64,000 nucleotides of DNA from a virus. Taxonomy: Duplodnaviria; Caudoviricetes. Every line of letters begins with the position of its first letter. Position 1 is the first letter of the stretch. Positions 39,946 to 49,374 of the stretch are shown in pieces. The position numbers and the translations under genes are program-made. Under the pieces are notes generated by a model. It was not told where the DNA came from. It saw only the letters and a program-made list of their open reading frames with translations, and did not search any database. The stretch is taken from IMG/VR virus record IMGVR_UViG_3300006217_000025, positions 14,347-78,346 of that record. One strand, written 5' to 3'.

Positions 39946-40344
39946 ATGACATTAGATGAGTATGATAAAAAAATAAACTCTTATATAAAACAATTATCAT
40001 CTCTATATGGAGATGAATGGGAAAAGCTTTATGAAGAAATTTCACAATTACAAAAAGATTATATGAAAAGTGTATTAATAGAATATGAGAAAGAAGTTAA
40101 TTGTAAAGCAAAAGAATGTATTTATAATTTATTGCAATATGCAATTGAATGGAGTGAAAGTGGAAATTCAATTGTTAACGTTGATTCAAAAGAAATTGCT
40201 GATGAAGTTGAAGAGATTATATGGGAAGAAATTGGTGTTTATTTGTTAGACTGTGAAATATATAAAGAAGATAATCATTGGTCTATTGATTGTATGTTTG
40301 CTGGCAATTATGTTCCATATTGGGATGGCTGGAAAGACGAATAA
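39946..40344 (+). CDS. Hypothetical protein
   Basis: GGAGG SD. Confidence 0.6.
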   Translation: MTLDEYDKKINSYIKQLSSLYGDEWEKLYEEISQLQKDYMKSVLIEYEKEVNCKAKECIYNLLQYAIEWSESGNSIVNVDSKEIADEVEEIIWEEIGVYLLDCEIYKEDNHWSIDCMFAGNYVPYWDGWKDE

Positions 40345-40412
40345 TTATAAAAAGGATAATAGTAAAATGAAAGACTTAAAAGAATATAGTAATAGGAAGG
40401 TTAAGAAAGCAA

Positions 40413-40703
40413 ATGAAAGAGCTTAATATAAAAATGTATGAAGAAGAAATTGGTGAAGAGTGGATTGTAATGAATGTCCCCGGTAACGTTTCTGATAGTG
40501 AAATTGCATATGCTGTACACATGGCTAGTAAATATGCTTGGATTGACGAAGATGATATTAAAGAAAATTATGATGAGTTGTTTGATGATATGCTTAAATT
40601 AAAACAAGAAAACAATGGACAGTATGTATTCATGTCATATTTAAAAATGACAATTGGTGCAAAATTTAAAAAAGGAAAATATGATTTTGAAATTGAATGG
40701 TAG
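40413..40703 (+). CDS. Hypothetical protein
   Basis: Co-directional ORF. Confidence 0.55.
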   Translation: MKELNIKMYEEEIGEEWIVMNVPGNVSDSEIAYAVHMASKYAWIDEDDIKENYDELFDDMLKLKQENNGQYVFMSYLKMTIGAKFKKGKYDFEIEW

Positions 40704-40721
40704 AAAGGTTGGGTTAAGAAT

Positions 40722-41030
40722 ATGAAAAACTTAAACACTATGGATACATTTGGAAATGGTTTTAGAATTGAAAGAGATGGGAAAATATTTACATTAACAG
40801 AAGAAGAAATGAGCGATTTCAGATATTTAGATCAAGCGACTACAGGAAGGTGTTGCTTAGAATTCTATAGTTGTAACGATGATGAAAAAGAAATTATTGA
40901 TAAAATGATGAAAGATGAAGAAGTCTGCTACAACATTGAAGATGATGTTTTATCTTTTATTTTTGAAGATTGTGAAAAAATTGAAAGGATTGTTATTAAA
41001 GATTATATTAAAAATTTTAATACGAATTAG
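40722..41030 (+). CDS. Hypothetical protein
   Basis: Co-directional ORF. Confidence 0.55.
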   Translation: MKNLNTMDTFGNGFRIERDGKIFTLTEEEMSDFRYLDQATTGRCCLEFYSCNDDEKEIIDKMMKDEEVCYNIEDDVLSFIFEDCEKIERIVIKDYIKNFNTN

Positions 41031-41045
41031 ACTACGCGTATTAAG

Positions 41046-41372
41046 ATGAATAAAAGAGGGGAAATTATGGATTTAGAAAAACTGAAAGATTGTTATAGGA
41101 GACTGGATAAAGCATTAGAATTTGATGGTGATTTTCAAGACATGTACGATAATTTATCGGGGATCGTTTTAGATGTTATGAATGATTTGTTAATTGTAAT
41201 TAGGAGTGGAAATGATGAAGTTTCACCTAAATTAACTAGAAAAGAAAAAAAGATGGTTAAAAAGGCTTTAGATTATTATGGGGATAGCCTTGCAGATACA
41301 ATAGGATACAGTGCTGGTGAAAAATATTGGGATTTAATAAATAAATTTCAAAATAAGAGAAAGGATGCATAA
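41046..41372 (+). CDS. Hypothetical protein
   Basis: Co-directional ORF; true start probably the ATG after GAGGGG. Confidence 0.5.
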   Translation: MNKRGEIMDLEKLKDCYRRLDKALEFDGDFQDMYDNLSGIVLDVMNDLLIVIRSGNDEVSPKLTRKEKKMVKKALDYYGDSLADTIGYSAGEKYWDLINKFQNKRKDA

Positions 41373-41802
41373 AATGAGTTATAAAGTTGTGTGTACAGGC
41401 GATAGTGTTAAATGGTTTGATCACTATCAAGATAGTGTTAATTATGTCAAAAAAGAGGTAACAAAGGAAGTAATAGAACTATATGAAAATGATGAAATTG
41501 ATAAATATGGGGTGCAAGATATTTTATTTGACTTATATACATATATATATCATACACGAGGATTTATACATCCGAGTTTAAGAAATGAGTACGAGATCGT
41601 GGAATATAAAATAAAAGAAGCAAATAACTTAGAGTTTATTGGACAGATTATTGATATTTTTGAAGACTTTTTAGAAAAGAGAGGAATTCATATTCACAAT
41701 GTCGAACAAGACAAAGATGTCGCCCTTATTTATGGAGAAGATTATTTTGAATTAGAAGATAGCCTGAAAGATATGCTCAAAAATTGGGTGGTTATTGTAT
41801 AG
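41365..41802 (+). CDS. Hypothetical protein
   Basis: Coupled ORF directly upstream of the RT. Confidence 0.55.
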   Translation: MHKMSYKVVCTGDSVKWFDHYQDSVNYVKKEVTKEVIELYENDEIDKYGVQDILFDLYTYIYHTRGFIHPSLRNEYEIVEYKIKEANNLEFIGQIIDIFEDFLEKRGIHIHNVEQDKDVALIYGEDYFELEDSLKDMLKNWVVIV

Positions 41803-43082
41803 AAGTGGATATTTTAATAAAAAAGATGTTTGAATATGAACGTTGGAAAGAGTTACTTGAAATTGCTTCTGAAAAAGAGTTAGATAAGGATTTAATTATC
41901 AAATTTATGAAACCAGATGAACGAAAGAAATTGGCTTATATTATTGCTTCGGATAGTTATACTATTGCTCCCCCACATATCGCTTTTATCCCAAAAGACG
42001 ATGGCACTATGAGAGAAGTATATGTAAACGAAGATTTAGATAGGATAGTATTAACTTTAATAAATAATGTTCTTTGCGAAATTTTTAAAAATAAAATTCA
42101 TCCTAAATGTGTATCATATCAAAAAGGATTAGGGACACAAATGGTAGTTGAACAAATTTCAAGAGAAATTACTCAAATGGGTATTGATAATCCTCATATA
42201 GAGCGCTGTGGTTATAAAAGTGATTTTTCTAAGTATTTTGATAATGTGTCTTTAAAAGCTATTGACAGGGTATTTAATGAGTGTGAACGGGGACTAGGTT
42301 ATGAGTATAATAAGCATCCCGTTTTTAATTTGTTGCGGAGATATTATCATCAGGATTTATATTTTAATAAAGATGGGAAATTGGGCAATAGATATCAAGG
42401 GCTCAAACAAGGGTGTGCAGTGGCTAGTTTTCTAGCAAATGTCGTTTTGTATGAATTAGATGAATTTATGTCAAACAAATATAGGATTTATTATAGATAT
42501 AGTGATGATTTAGTTGCAATCGACAAAAATACTGATGATGTTATTGATGATATCAATCGAGTTATTTGTAAATATGGCGTTACATTGAATCCTAAAAAAG
42601 TAGAACCAATCTACAAAGATGAATGGTTTAAGTTTTTAGGATTCATGATCAAAGGTAGCCAAATCACTTTATCTAAAAAACGCATCAAGAATTTTGAAAA
42701 GGAAATTAGAAAAAGAAGCGTTGATAAACGAAAATGCTCTGAAAGTAAGGCTAGATATCTAATCATGAAGTATTTATATGAAGGCGAACGGGCATGGGCA
42801 ATGAGTTGTTTGAGTTGTATTAACGTTGAATCTGATATAGCTGAAATGAATAAGTTTATTATGGATTGCATTAAGGCATGTAAAACCGGAAAGAAAAGAA
42901 TAGGGGGACTAGGAGTTGCTTATAATCTACCTGATAAAACAATTATAAGAGGCAAGGGGAAGCATGTTACCTCAAATAAGGTTAACAATGGGTATATTGA
43001 AAGATATTTGAGTGTACAGTGTCTTAGAAAAGATTTAAAGTACAATAGAGACTTATTCGATATTGTACTTAAAGGACTATAA
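41784..43082 (+). CDS. Reverse transcriptase (phage-type unknown group, UG27-like)
   Basis: IPKDDG..R, DFSKYFD, GLKQG, YRYSDD and FLGF motifs; true start probably GTG 41805. Confidence 0.9.
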   Translation: MGGYCIEVDILIKKMFEYERWKELLEIASEKELDKDLIIKFMKPDERKKLAYIIASDSYTIAPPHIAFIPKDDGTMREVYVNEDLDRIVLTLINNVLCEIFKNKIHPKCVSYQKGLGTQMVVEQISREITQMGIDNPHIERCGYKSDFSKYFDNVSLKAIDRVFNECERGLGYEYNKHPVFNLLRRYYHQDLYFNKDGKLGNRYQGLKQGCAVASFLANVVLYELDEFMSNKYRIYYRYSDDLVAIDKNTDDVIDDINRVICKYGVTLNPKKVEPIYKDEWFKFLGFMIKGSQITLSKKRIKNFEKEIRKRSVDKRKCSESKARYLIMKYLYEGERAWAMSCLSCINVESDIAEMNKFIMDCIKACKTGKKRIGGLGVAYNLPDKTIIRGKGKHVTSNKVNNGYIERYLSVQCLRKDLKYNRDLFDIVLKGL

Positions 43083-43108
43083 GATAAAGAAAAAGTTGAG
43101 GTGAAACT

Positions 43109-43357
43109 ATGAAGTTATATTTAATTTTAGTTGGTGGTGATTATATTAGGGATTCTCAAATTTATACAGGGGAAAACATTGATGGGGACATTTATGATGA
43201 TGATTCAACATGGAAAGATTTTTGTCCTACTCATGTTGTTGGCGTTGTATATGCTTCTACATATGAGAATTCAATTAAAAGATTTTTAGAATTATGCAGT
43301 GACTATGAAGAGTTTATGCTATCTGCATACGAAATTTCAAATGAGGTAATCTTATGA
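43109..43357 (+). CDS. Hypothetical protein
   Basis: GAGGTG SD, directly after the RT. Confidence 0.55.
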   Translation: MKLYLILVGGDYIRDSQIYTGENIDGDIYDDDSTWKDFCPTHVVGVVYASTYENSIKRFLELCSDYEEFMLSAYEISNEVIL

Positions 43358-43788
43358 CAATTTATGGACGATTGATTGAGGCAGGCCAATGTGGCTTGCC
43401 TTTTTATGTGGATTTTAAAAAGAAGAACTTGTTTGTTAACAAAAAATGTTTAATTAAACATGGGGTGGTTTTGGAAGATGAAGATATCATGGATGACAAA
43501 GACTTGATACAAATTTATGAGAATCCACTTGATTATGTCAAAATTCTATATGAAAACTTCAAAAATTCTTGGGGAGATAACAGAAGTAAATACTTTATTG
43601 CAAAGGACAGTAAAGAAATGTCATTTGAAGCGATTATAGAGGCTTGTAGTGGAAGTTTAGCTAAAGCTAGACTTGAGGGTTTTGTTTTATTAACTATTCT
43701 CACAGGAGAATTTAAGTGGGAATGGGGAAATAAATGGTTCTACCAAGATGATGGGGGACTTATTTTACTAAAAGAATGGTTTTATTAA
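43354..43788 (+). CDS. Probable RT-associated small protein
   Basis: F.VDF.K...KYF.A...A.ARLEGF...W..G.KWFYQ...L..LKEW pattern; I recall it beside this RT class, unverified. Confidence 0.55.
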   Translation: MTIYGRLIEAGQCGLPFYVDFKKKNLFVNKKCLIKHGVVLEDEDIMDDKDLIQIYENPLDYVKILYENFKNSWGDNRSKYFIAKDSKEMSFEAIIEACSGSLAKARLEGFVLLTILTGEFKWEWGNKWFYQDDGGLILLKEWFY

Positions 43789-43807
43789 AAAAGAGGAGGA
43801 AAATATT

Positions 43808-44506
43808 ATGAAAAAGAAAACGGCAGAAAGAATCGTGGAGTTGGTAAAGAATGGTGTAGATGTCAAAAAATTCAATGCATTAACAGATGAATTGACAATC
43901 GGTTTATCCACATCTAGAAATTTATTAAAGGTAAGGGAAGTAGAGATTGATGAGAGAAAAATTATTACTCTCGATACACCAAATATTGATATCGCAATTA
44001 AGACATTGAAAGCATTTAGTTATCAAGGCTATGATGCAGATACAGGAAAACATGAATTAGGATTTAATAGCTGGCTAAAGAATGAGGTATCATTTGCTAG
44101 TTTTATTTTTATGTTTCATAAACTGCATAAATGTGAAAGTCCCAATATTTCCTATTTAGCAGAGCAATGCTTAATGAATTTTAAACAAACTTATACAGTG
44201 GAGGCATTAAGAAGAATAAAAAAAATCGGGGTAGTAAAATTAGGTAAAATTAATCATGCTAATAAGCAAGATGTTGAAACAAGAATTTATGGGATGTTTG
44301 AAAGAATATATGAAGGTTATTATACAAGTGGTTTCTTTGAATATAAAAATGAAGCATGGAGAGATATTTGTAAATTATATTATGGATATTATACATATAC
44401 ATTTTTAAAGGAATATTTTCCGGAAAAACTAAATGGATTAGAAATTGATAGTGAAGAAGTAGAAGTAGCATATTTCTATATTCAACAATTAGAAAAAATT
44501 ATCTAA
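43808..44506 (+). CDS. Hypothetical protein
   Basis: GAGGAGG SD; 232 aa between RT and ncRNA candidate. Confidence 0.6.
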   Translation: MKKKTAERIVELVKNGVDVKKFNALTDELTIGLSTSRNLLKVREVEIDERKIITLDTPNIDIAIKTLKAFSYQGYDADTGKHELGFNSWLKNEVSFASFIFMFHKLHKCESPNISYLAEQCLMNFKQTYTVEALRRIKKIGVVKLGKINHANKQDVETRIYGMFERIYEGYYTSGFFEYKNEAWRDICKLYYGYYTYTFLKEYFPEKLNGLEIDSEEVEVAYFYIQQLEKII

Positions 44507-44530
44507 GTTTTTTTTGCTTTGTGTTGGGCT

Positions 44531-44712
44531 TGAATATAAGGTTTTACAAATGATAAGAGGCTCCGCCTCTTATCACACCCTTCTGGATATAAGGAGGATT
44601 GTGACCAGAAGACAGCAGGACGACAGGAGTCGCAGCTGCCTCGGGCGGTTCGGATTCTTACAGAATCCTCACAATATCTTAAAGAAAAACACCAGGTAAA
44701 ACATTATATTTA
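44531..44712 (+). ncRNA. Candidate RT-associated structured RNA
   Basis: Terminal inverted repeat 44533-44547/44696-44710 (14 of 15 pairs), 11-bp hairpin 44551-44575, further GC-rich hairpins. Confidence 0.65.
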
Positions 44713-44736
44713 TTAAAATTTGAAAGGAGCAAGATT

Positions 44737-45384
44737 ATGGTTAATTCGGTTTCAGAATTTCGGAAGAGAATAGGGGTACATATTACCACAAGGCATAATG
44801 GTAAAATGGAAGGGATGCACTCTTTGAGTACAAGTTGTTTAAAAAACAATTTCTGTAAAGAACGCTCAAAAAACAAAGCCTCTATTTGCTCACATTGTTA
44901 CGCTAGTAGGCTATTGAAAATGTATAAAAATACAGAATATTGTTTAAGCAAGAACACCGACATTCTAACAAAAAAAGTGCTAATCGAAGAAGAATTACCA
45001 ATATTAAATGTTTTATACTTTAGATTAGAAGCATTTGGAGATTTAATCAATACAATGCAAGTATTGAATTATTTTAACCTATGCAATAAGAATCCTCAAA
45101 CAAGATTTGCAATTTGGACTAAAAATCCACAGTTAATTGAACAAACTATTCATCAAGGACACCGAAAACCTCAAAATTTAAATGTGGTTTTGAGTAGTCC
45201 TTTTTTAAATAAAGAGATAAAGAATAAATATGATTTTGTTGATGTTATTTTTACAGTGTATGACAAAGAAACAATTGACAAAGAGAAAATTTTAATCAAT
45301 TGTGGTGACAAGAAATGTTTAGAATGTCTGAAATGTTATAAAAAGCATGAAGACTTAATTTATATAAATGAAAAAATTAAATAA
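44737..45384 (+). CDS. Cys-rich phage protein (GP88-like, radical-SAM-like Cys motif)
   Basis: SC...NFC...ICSHCYA, R..AFGDL, WTKN and C...KCLECLKCY motifs. Confidence 0.6.
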   Translation: MVNSVSEFRKRIGVHITTRHNGKMEGMHSLSTSCLKNNFCKERSKNKASICSHCYASRLLKMYKNTEYCLSKNTDILTKKVLIEEELPILNVLYFRLEAFGDLINTMQVLNYFNLCNKNPQTRFAIWTKNPQLIEQTIHQGHRKPQNLNVVLSSPFLNKEIKNKYDFVDVIFTVYDKETIDKEKILINCGDKKCLECLKCYKKHEDLIYINEKIK

Positions 45385-45397
45385 AGGAGGGCTAAAT

Positions 45398-45919
45398 ATG
45401 AAAAAAACACTTGAACAATTAATTTCAGAGGTTAAACAAGATATGTCAATTGCTTTGTTGCCATTTGATGATGCAGTTCCTATCGTATTGAACCCTAGGT
45501 TAACCCGAGTTTTAGGAAGAGCAAAACATAGAGGAGAAAAAAATATTGTAGTTGAAATTGCGAAGAATGTCTATGAATTAGCCGATGAACAAACAATTAA
45601 AAATGTTATTTGCCATGAATTATTACATACAGCTTTTCCTTTAGACGGGCATTTAGGACAGTGGAAATTTTATGCGAATAAAGCAAATATCTTAATGCCA
45701 AAATATAATATTACGAGATGTAATACAGATAAAGAATTATATAAAAGAAGGCACAAATGGTATAAGGTAAAGTGCTTAAAATGTGGAGAAACATGGGAAA
45801 CACACAACAAGACCTGTGTCAAGTATCCAGAAAGATACTATCATGTAACATGTGGTGGGAATTTAACAATATTAGATGAGAAGGGAAAACAAAATGACAA
45901 ACGAGGAAAGAGTAAATAA
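45398..45919 (+). CDS. SprT-like zinc metalloprotease
   Basis: HELLH motif, H...W, C-terminal CxxC; GGAGG SD before ATG 45398. Confidence 0.7.
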   Translation: MKKTLEQLISEVKQDMSIALLPFDDAVPIVLNPRLTRVLGRAKHRGEKNIVVEIAKNVYELADEQTIKNVICHELLHTAFPLDGHLGQWKFYANKANILMPKYNITRCNTDKELYKRRHKWYKVKCLKCGETWETHNKTCVKYPERYYHVTCGGNLTILDEKGKQNDKRGKSK

Positions 45920-46568
45920 ATTTAGAAACGAAAAAATCGCAGTAAACTGCAAAACAGAGGAAGAAGCAAAATCATTTATAGAGTGGTGCTATGAAAATGG
46001 AATTGAATGGGGGATTCCAGAGTTAGATGAAACACATTCAACTTGCTTTCGTTATTATAGGAATGAAACATGTTATGCCTTTGGTTTTGATGGAGACATA
46101 CACTTGGGATATGGCTCTAAACATTTTCACGAAGAAGAAGGCTATGAAGTCATAACATACAAAGACTTCATGAAAGAAAAGAAAATGACTAATTTAGAAT
46201 ATTATGTTTCAAAAGGTTTAATCAACGAAGGTGCTATGTTATGTGTTGGCGCTCATATTTGCAAATACGATGGTAAGTGTCATGATAAAGAGTGTTATAA
46301 ATGCGAATTTAATAATGATGTAAATTTATGTGTTAAAACATTGCTTGAAGAATACAAAAAGCCTATCAAATTAACAAGGTTTGAGTTTGATTACCTAGAT
46401 GTTTTGAGAGAATACAATAATCCAAACGATGAATTTAGTATATATTTCTGTGATTGCGTAAAAAAAAGCAAAGGATATTTTAAAGGCATTACAGATACAT
46501 CTATGACAATTCAAGAAATCTTAGATAATTGTGAAATTGTGGTTGATGATTATGATTTTGGAGAGTAA
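45894..46568 (+). CDS. Two-module hypothetical phage protein
   Basis: GAGAAGGGA SD; internal MTNLEYY at 46185 looks like a second gene start. Confidence 0.55.
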   Translation: MTNEERVNKFRNEKIAVNCKTEEEAKSFIEWCYENGIEWGIPELDETHSTCFRYYRNETCYAFGFDGDIHLGYGSKHFHEEEGYEVITYKDFMKEKKMTNLEYYVSKGLINEGAMLCVGAHICKYDGKCHDKECYKCEFNNDVNLCVKTLLEEYKKPIKLTRFEFDYLDVLREYNNPNDEFSIYFCDCVKKSKGYFKGITDTSMTIQEILDNCEIVVDDYDFGE

Positions 46569-46581
46569 AGGAAAATGAATA

Positions 46582-46920
46582 ATGAAAATGGAAAATAAAA
46601 TTTATAGCCAATGGGCATTTACTGAAAACGAAAGAGAAAAAGCAAGAATTAATAGAGAAATTTATAATGAATTAAAAACAAAATATAGAGTTTATAGACA
46701 CGATTTAAAACAAGATTTAAAAGATAAAGTAGATGTAAACTTTGATGAATATGATGTAGTTATCGGTAGAAGTGCTTGCTATCTTCATGGAGAATATACA
46801 GTATATAAAAATGCACCAAAATTAAGTGATGATGAGTTAGCATTGTTATGTGATAGTGGAAATTTATGTTTTGGGTATAAAAAAAGTGGTGTTAATGAAT
46901 TTTATGTATATGAAGATTAG
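46582..46920 (+). CDS. Hypothetical protein
   Basis: ELAL.CD.GNLCFGY motif. Confidence 0.55.
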   Translation: MKMENKIYSQWAFTENEREKARINREIYNELKTKYRVYRHDLKQDLKDKVDVNFDEYDVVIGRSACYLHGEYTVYKNAPKLSDDELALLCDSGNLCFGYKKSGVNEFYVYED

Positions 46921-46934
46921 AGGAGTGATGAAGA

Positions 46935-47159
46935 ATGACAATTTTATTAGCAAATGGTGAATTTGCATATATCACTGATATTTGTAATTGTGAGGATTGC
47001 AAAGCAAGAGGGGAAGTAGAATTTATAGTTGTTGATGAAAATCATGAACTCTTAGATTACCTTAAATATCATGAGTTGAAAGATAAATCAATTGTTAGTC
47101 ATTACAATCCAAAAGATTTATGTGAGTTGTTTCATAGAAAGTTGATTGGAAAGGTGTGA
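46935..47159 (+). CDS. Hypothetical protein
   Basis: CxCxxC; GAGGAG SD. Confidence 0.55.
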   Translation: MTILLANGEFAYITDICNCEDCKARGEVEFIVVDENHELLDYLKYHELKDKSIVSHYNPKDLCELFHRKLIGKV

Positions 47160-47166
47160 GTGAAGA

Positions 47167-47448
47167 GTGAATAGTGCAGAATTTAAACATTTCAAACTTC
47201 ATGCAGACAGTACGCTAAAAAGCATGACAAAAGATGAATTGGTTAGTTATATTCATATGTTATATCACAATTGGGGTGTTGTTGATGAGAGATTGTGTAA
47301 TGGTATTGATTATAGTCGCAAACTTGATAAAGCACTAGATAAAGCGTGTGAAGAATTAGTAAGGGCTTATCCATGCGGTGTCAATAGGTGTAATACTAAT
47401 TGTCATAAAGAAAGTTGGGAAGAGTGGTTGATGAAAAATGACTATTGA
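47167..47448 (+). CDS. Hypothetical protein
   Basis: GTG start, coupled to the next gene. Confidence 0.55.
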   Translation: MNSAEFKHFKLHADSTLKSMTKDELVSYIHMLYHNWGVVDERLCNGIDYSRKLDKALDKACEELVRAYPCGVNRCNTNCHKESWEEWLMKNDY

Positions 47449-48364
47449 TGTGCTTGATAACGAGCTAATTCTGTTTGATCGATTAAATGTCATTAGAGAT
47501 GTTGTTGAAAAATATAGTGAAGACAAATTCTATATCTCTTTCAGCGGGGGCAAGGACAGTACGGTACTTCATTATTTATTTGATGAAGCATTGCCAAACA
47601 ATACAATACCTAGAGTATATTGTGATACGGGTATTGAGTACAACGATATAAAAGAATTTGTTTATGAACTGTCTAAAAATGATGATAGGTTCATCATTTT
47701 GAAGCCTAGTCAGAATGTGAAAGCCATGCTTGAAAAACATGGTTATCCATTCAAAAGTAAAGAACATAGCCATATTTTAGCGGTCTACCAAAATAGTGGT
47801 AAAACCAAAACGGTGGATAAATATTTATCAGGAATAAGGATAAAGAACGGAAAAGAAACTGAAACCTCGTTTAAGTGTCCTAAAATTCTTGCTTATCAAT
47901 TTAACCAGGATTTCAAAATTAAAGTTAGCGATAAGTGTTGTAAGAGATTTAAAAAAGAGCCATTTAAAAGCTATGAAAAGCAGAGTGGCAGAAACATCTA
48001 TATAACAGGAATGCGGAAATCAGAGGGCGGATATAGAAACAACATAAATTGCATCGTTTATGACAATGACAAGCAAGTTAAAAAATTCCACCCTTTATCA
48101 AACGTTAATGACGAATGGGAAGATTGGTACATTCAAAAAAGAGGCATACAACTTTGCAAGCTGTATTATCCACCGTTCAATTTTAAAAGAACGGGGTGCA
48201 AGGGCTGTCCGTTTTCATTAAACCTACAAGAACAATTAGAAGTAATGGCAAGGTTATTACCGAATGAAAGAAAACAATGCGAAATGATATGGAAACCGAT
48301 TTATACGGAGTACAGAAGACTTGGCTATAGACTTGCTGAAAATGAGCAAATAAAAATTTTTTAG
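47438..48364 (+). CDS. PAPS reductase-family protein
   Basis: SFSGGKDS, DTG.E, KCC and RTGCKGCPF motifs. Confidence 0.85.
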   Translation: MTIDVLDNELILFDRLNVIRDVVEKYSEDKFYISFSGGKDSTVLHYLFDEALPNNTIPRVYCDTGIEYNDIKEFVYELSKNDDRFIILKPSQNVKAMLEKHGYPFKSKEHSHILAVYQNSGKTKTVDKYLSGIRIKNGKETETSFKCPKILAYQFNQDFKIKVSDKCCKRFKKEPFKSYEKQSGRNIYITGMRKSEGGYRNNINCIVYDNDKQVKKFHPLSNVNDEWEDWYIQKRGIQLCKLYYPPFNFKRTGCKGCPFSLNLQEQLEVMARLLPNERKQCEMIWKPIYTEYRRLGYRLAENEQIKIF

Positions 48365-48377
48365 AAAGGAACTAGAG

Positions 48378-49007
48378 ATGAAAATACACAATAAAAAATT
48401 GATTCAGCCTTATTTTGATGATGTTTGGAACGGAAATAAAACATTTGAGATAAGGAAAAACGACTGTGATTATCAAATTGGGGATTTTCTAATTCTTCAT
48501 GAATTGACAAATGAAACAATACAAATAGAAGGTAAAAAATTATACAGAATTAAGGCTTTGATTGATTTTGGTGATGTAAAAGCTGGAGATTTAGGCGGTT
48601 TTATAGAAAAAGAAAGTAATTTAAGCCATCTTGGTAGCGCTTGGATATATGATGATGCTAAGGTGTATGGCAACGCTGAGGTGTATGGTAACGCTTGGAT
48701 ATATGATGACGCTGAGGTGTGTGGTAACGCTAGGGTGTGTGATGACGCTATGGTGTGTGGTAACGCTATGGTGTGTGATGATGGTGATTATGCATGTGTT
48801 AAAGGTTTTGGAACGGAATATAGAAACACCACGTTTTATAAACAGAAAAATGGAAGTGTTGGTGTGAATTGTGGGTGTTTCACTGGCACATTAGGGGAGT
48901 TTAGAAATCAGGTTAAAAAAACAAGAAAAGGGAAAATTGAAAAAGAATATTTGATGATAGCTGATTTAATAGAATATCATTTTGCAGAAGAAGGAGAGGG
49001 ATTATAA
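48378..49007 (+). CDS. Chimeric ORF: DUF3850/ASCH-like N-terminus fused to a hexapeptide (left-handed beta-helix) repeat protein
   Basis: KTFEIRKNDCDYQIGDFLILHE joined to LTNETIQIEGKKLYRIKAL...GG..E and A.VYGNA repeats. Confidence 0.7.
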   Translation: MKIHNKKLIQPYFDDVWNGNKTFEIRKNDCDYQIGDFLILHELTNETIQIEGKKLYRIKALIDFGDVKAGDLGGFIEKESNLSHLGSAWIYDDAKVYGNAEVYGNAWIYDDAEVCGNARVCDDAMVCGNAMVCDDGDYACVKGFGTEYRNTTFYKQKNGSVGVNCGCFTGTLGEFRNQVKKTRKGKIEKEYLMIADLIEYHFAEEGEGL

Positions 49008-49288
49008 TAACAAAGGAAGAGTTAGAACAATACGTGCCGTTGAAGAAATGGAGAACAGAGGCTATTAGAAATAATAGAAAAGAGGAAATTGCTATATTGG
49101 AAGAAAGAATGAAAGCCATAGAAAAGGCGATTTCAACAACATCATCTAATGTAGATGTTTATAGAGCGCTACATTACAGGTACATATTAGGGATGGAGTT
49201 AAAGGCGATTGCAAAAAAAACAAACTTCTCTATTGCGACAGTTAGCAGAAATTTGAAAAAAGGTTTAAAGATGATAAACCATGCGTAA
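49004..49288 (+). CDS. ArpU/RinA-like late transcription activator (probable ATA start)
   Basis: C-terminal HTH (RY..G..L..IA...NFS..TVSR); AAGGAGAGGG SD then ATA 49004 overlapping the upstream TAA. Confidence 0.65.
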   Translation: MITKEELEQYVPLKKWRTEAIRNNRKEEIAILEERMKAIEKAISTTSSNVDVYRALHYRYILGMELKAIAKKTNFSIATVSRNLKKGLKMINHA

Positions 49289-49305
49289 CGTTTGCATGGT
49301 ATCAT
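49272..49305 (+). promoter_or_regulatory. Putative late promoter, copy 1
   Basis: TGATAAACCATGCGTAACGTTT-N6-TATCAT; identical 22-mer at 54434. Confidence 0.65.
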
Positions 49306-49374
49306 ATAGGTGCAGTCATGGAATTGCACCTCTTTCTTTTTAATTTTATAAGGTGGATAAAATCCACCGAATAA

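Noticed and set aside
41784-43082. Group II intron or canonical retron RT
   Set aside because: No domain V/VI RNA after the ORF and no maturase/endonuclease tail; the retron NAXXH and VTG motifs are absent.
16392-48364. Dnd phosphorothioation system (IscS plus PAPS reductase-like)
   Set aside because: The genes are 30 kb apart and no DndD/E/B homologs were seen; PAPS reductase-family genes are common alone in phages.
41784-49007. Diversity-generating retroelement
   Set aside because: No TR/VR pair differing at adenines was seen. The repeats at 48630-48780 are hexapeptide coding repeats, and no Avd-like gene was recognised.
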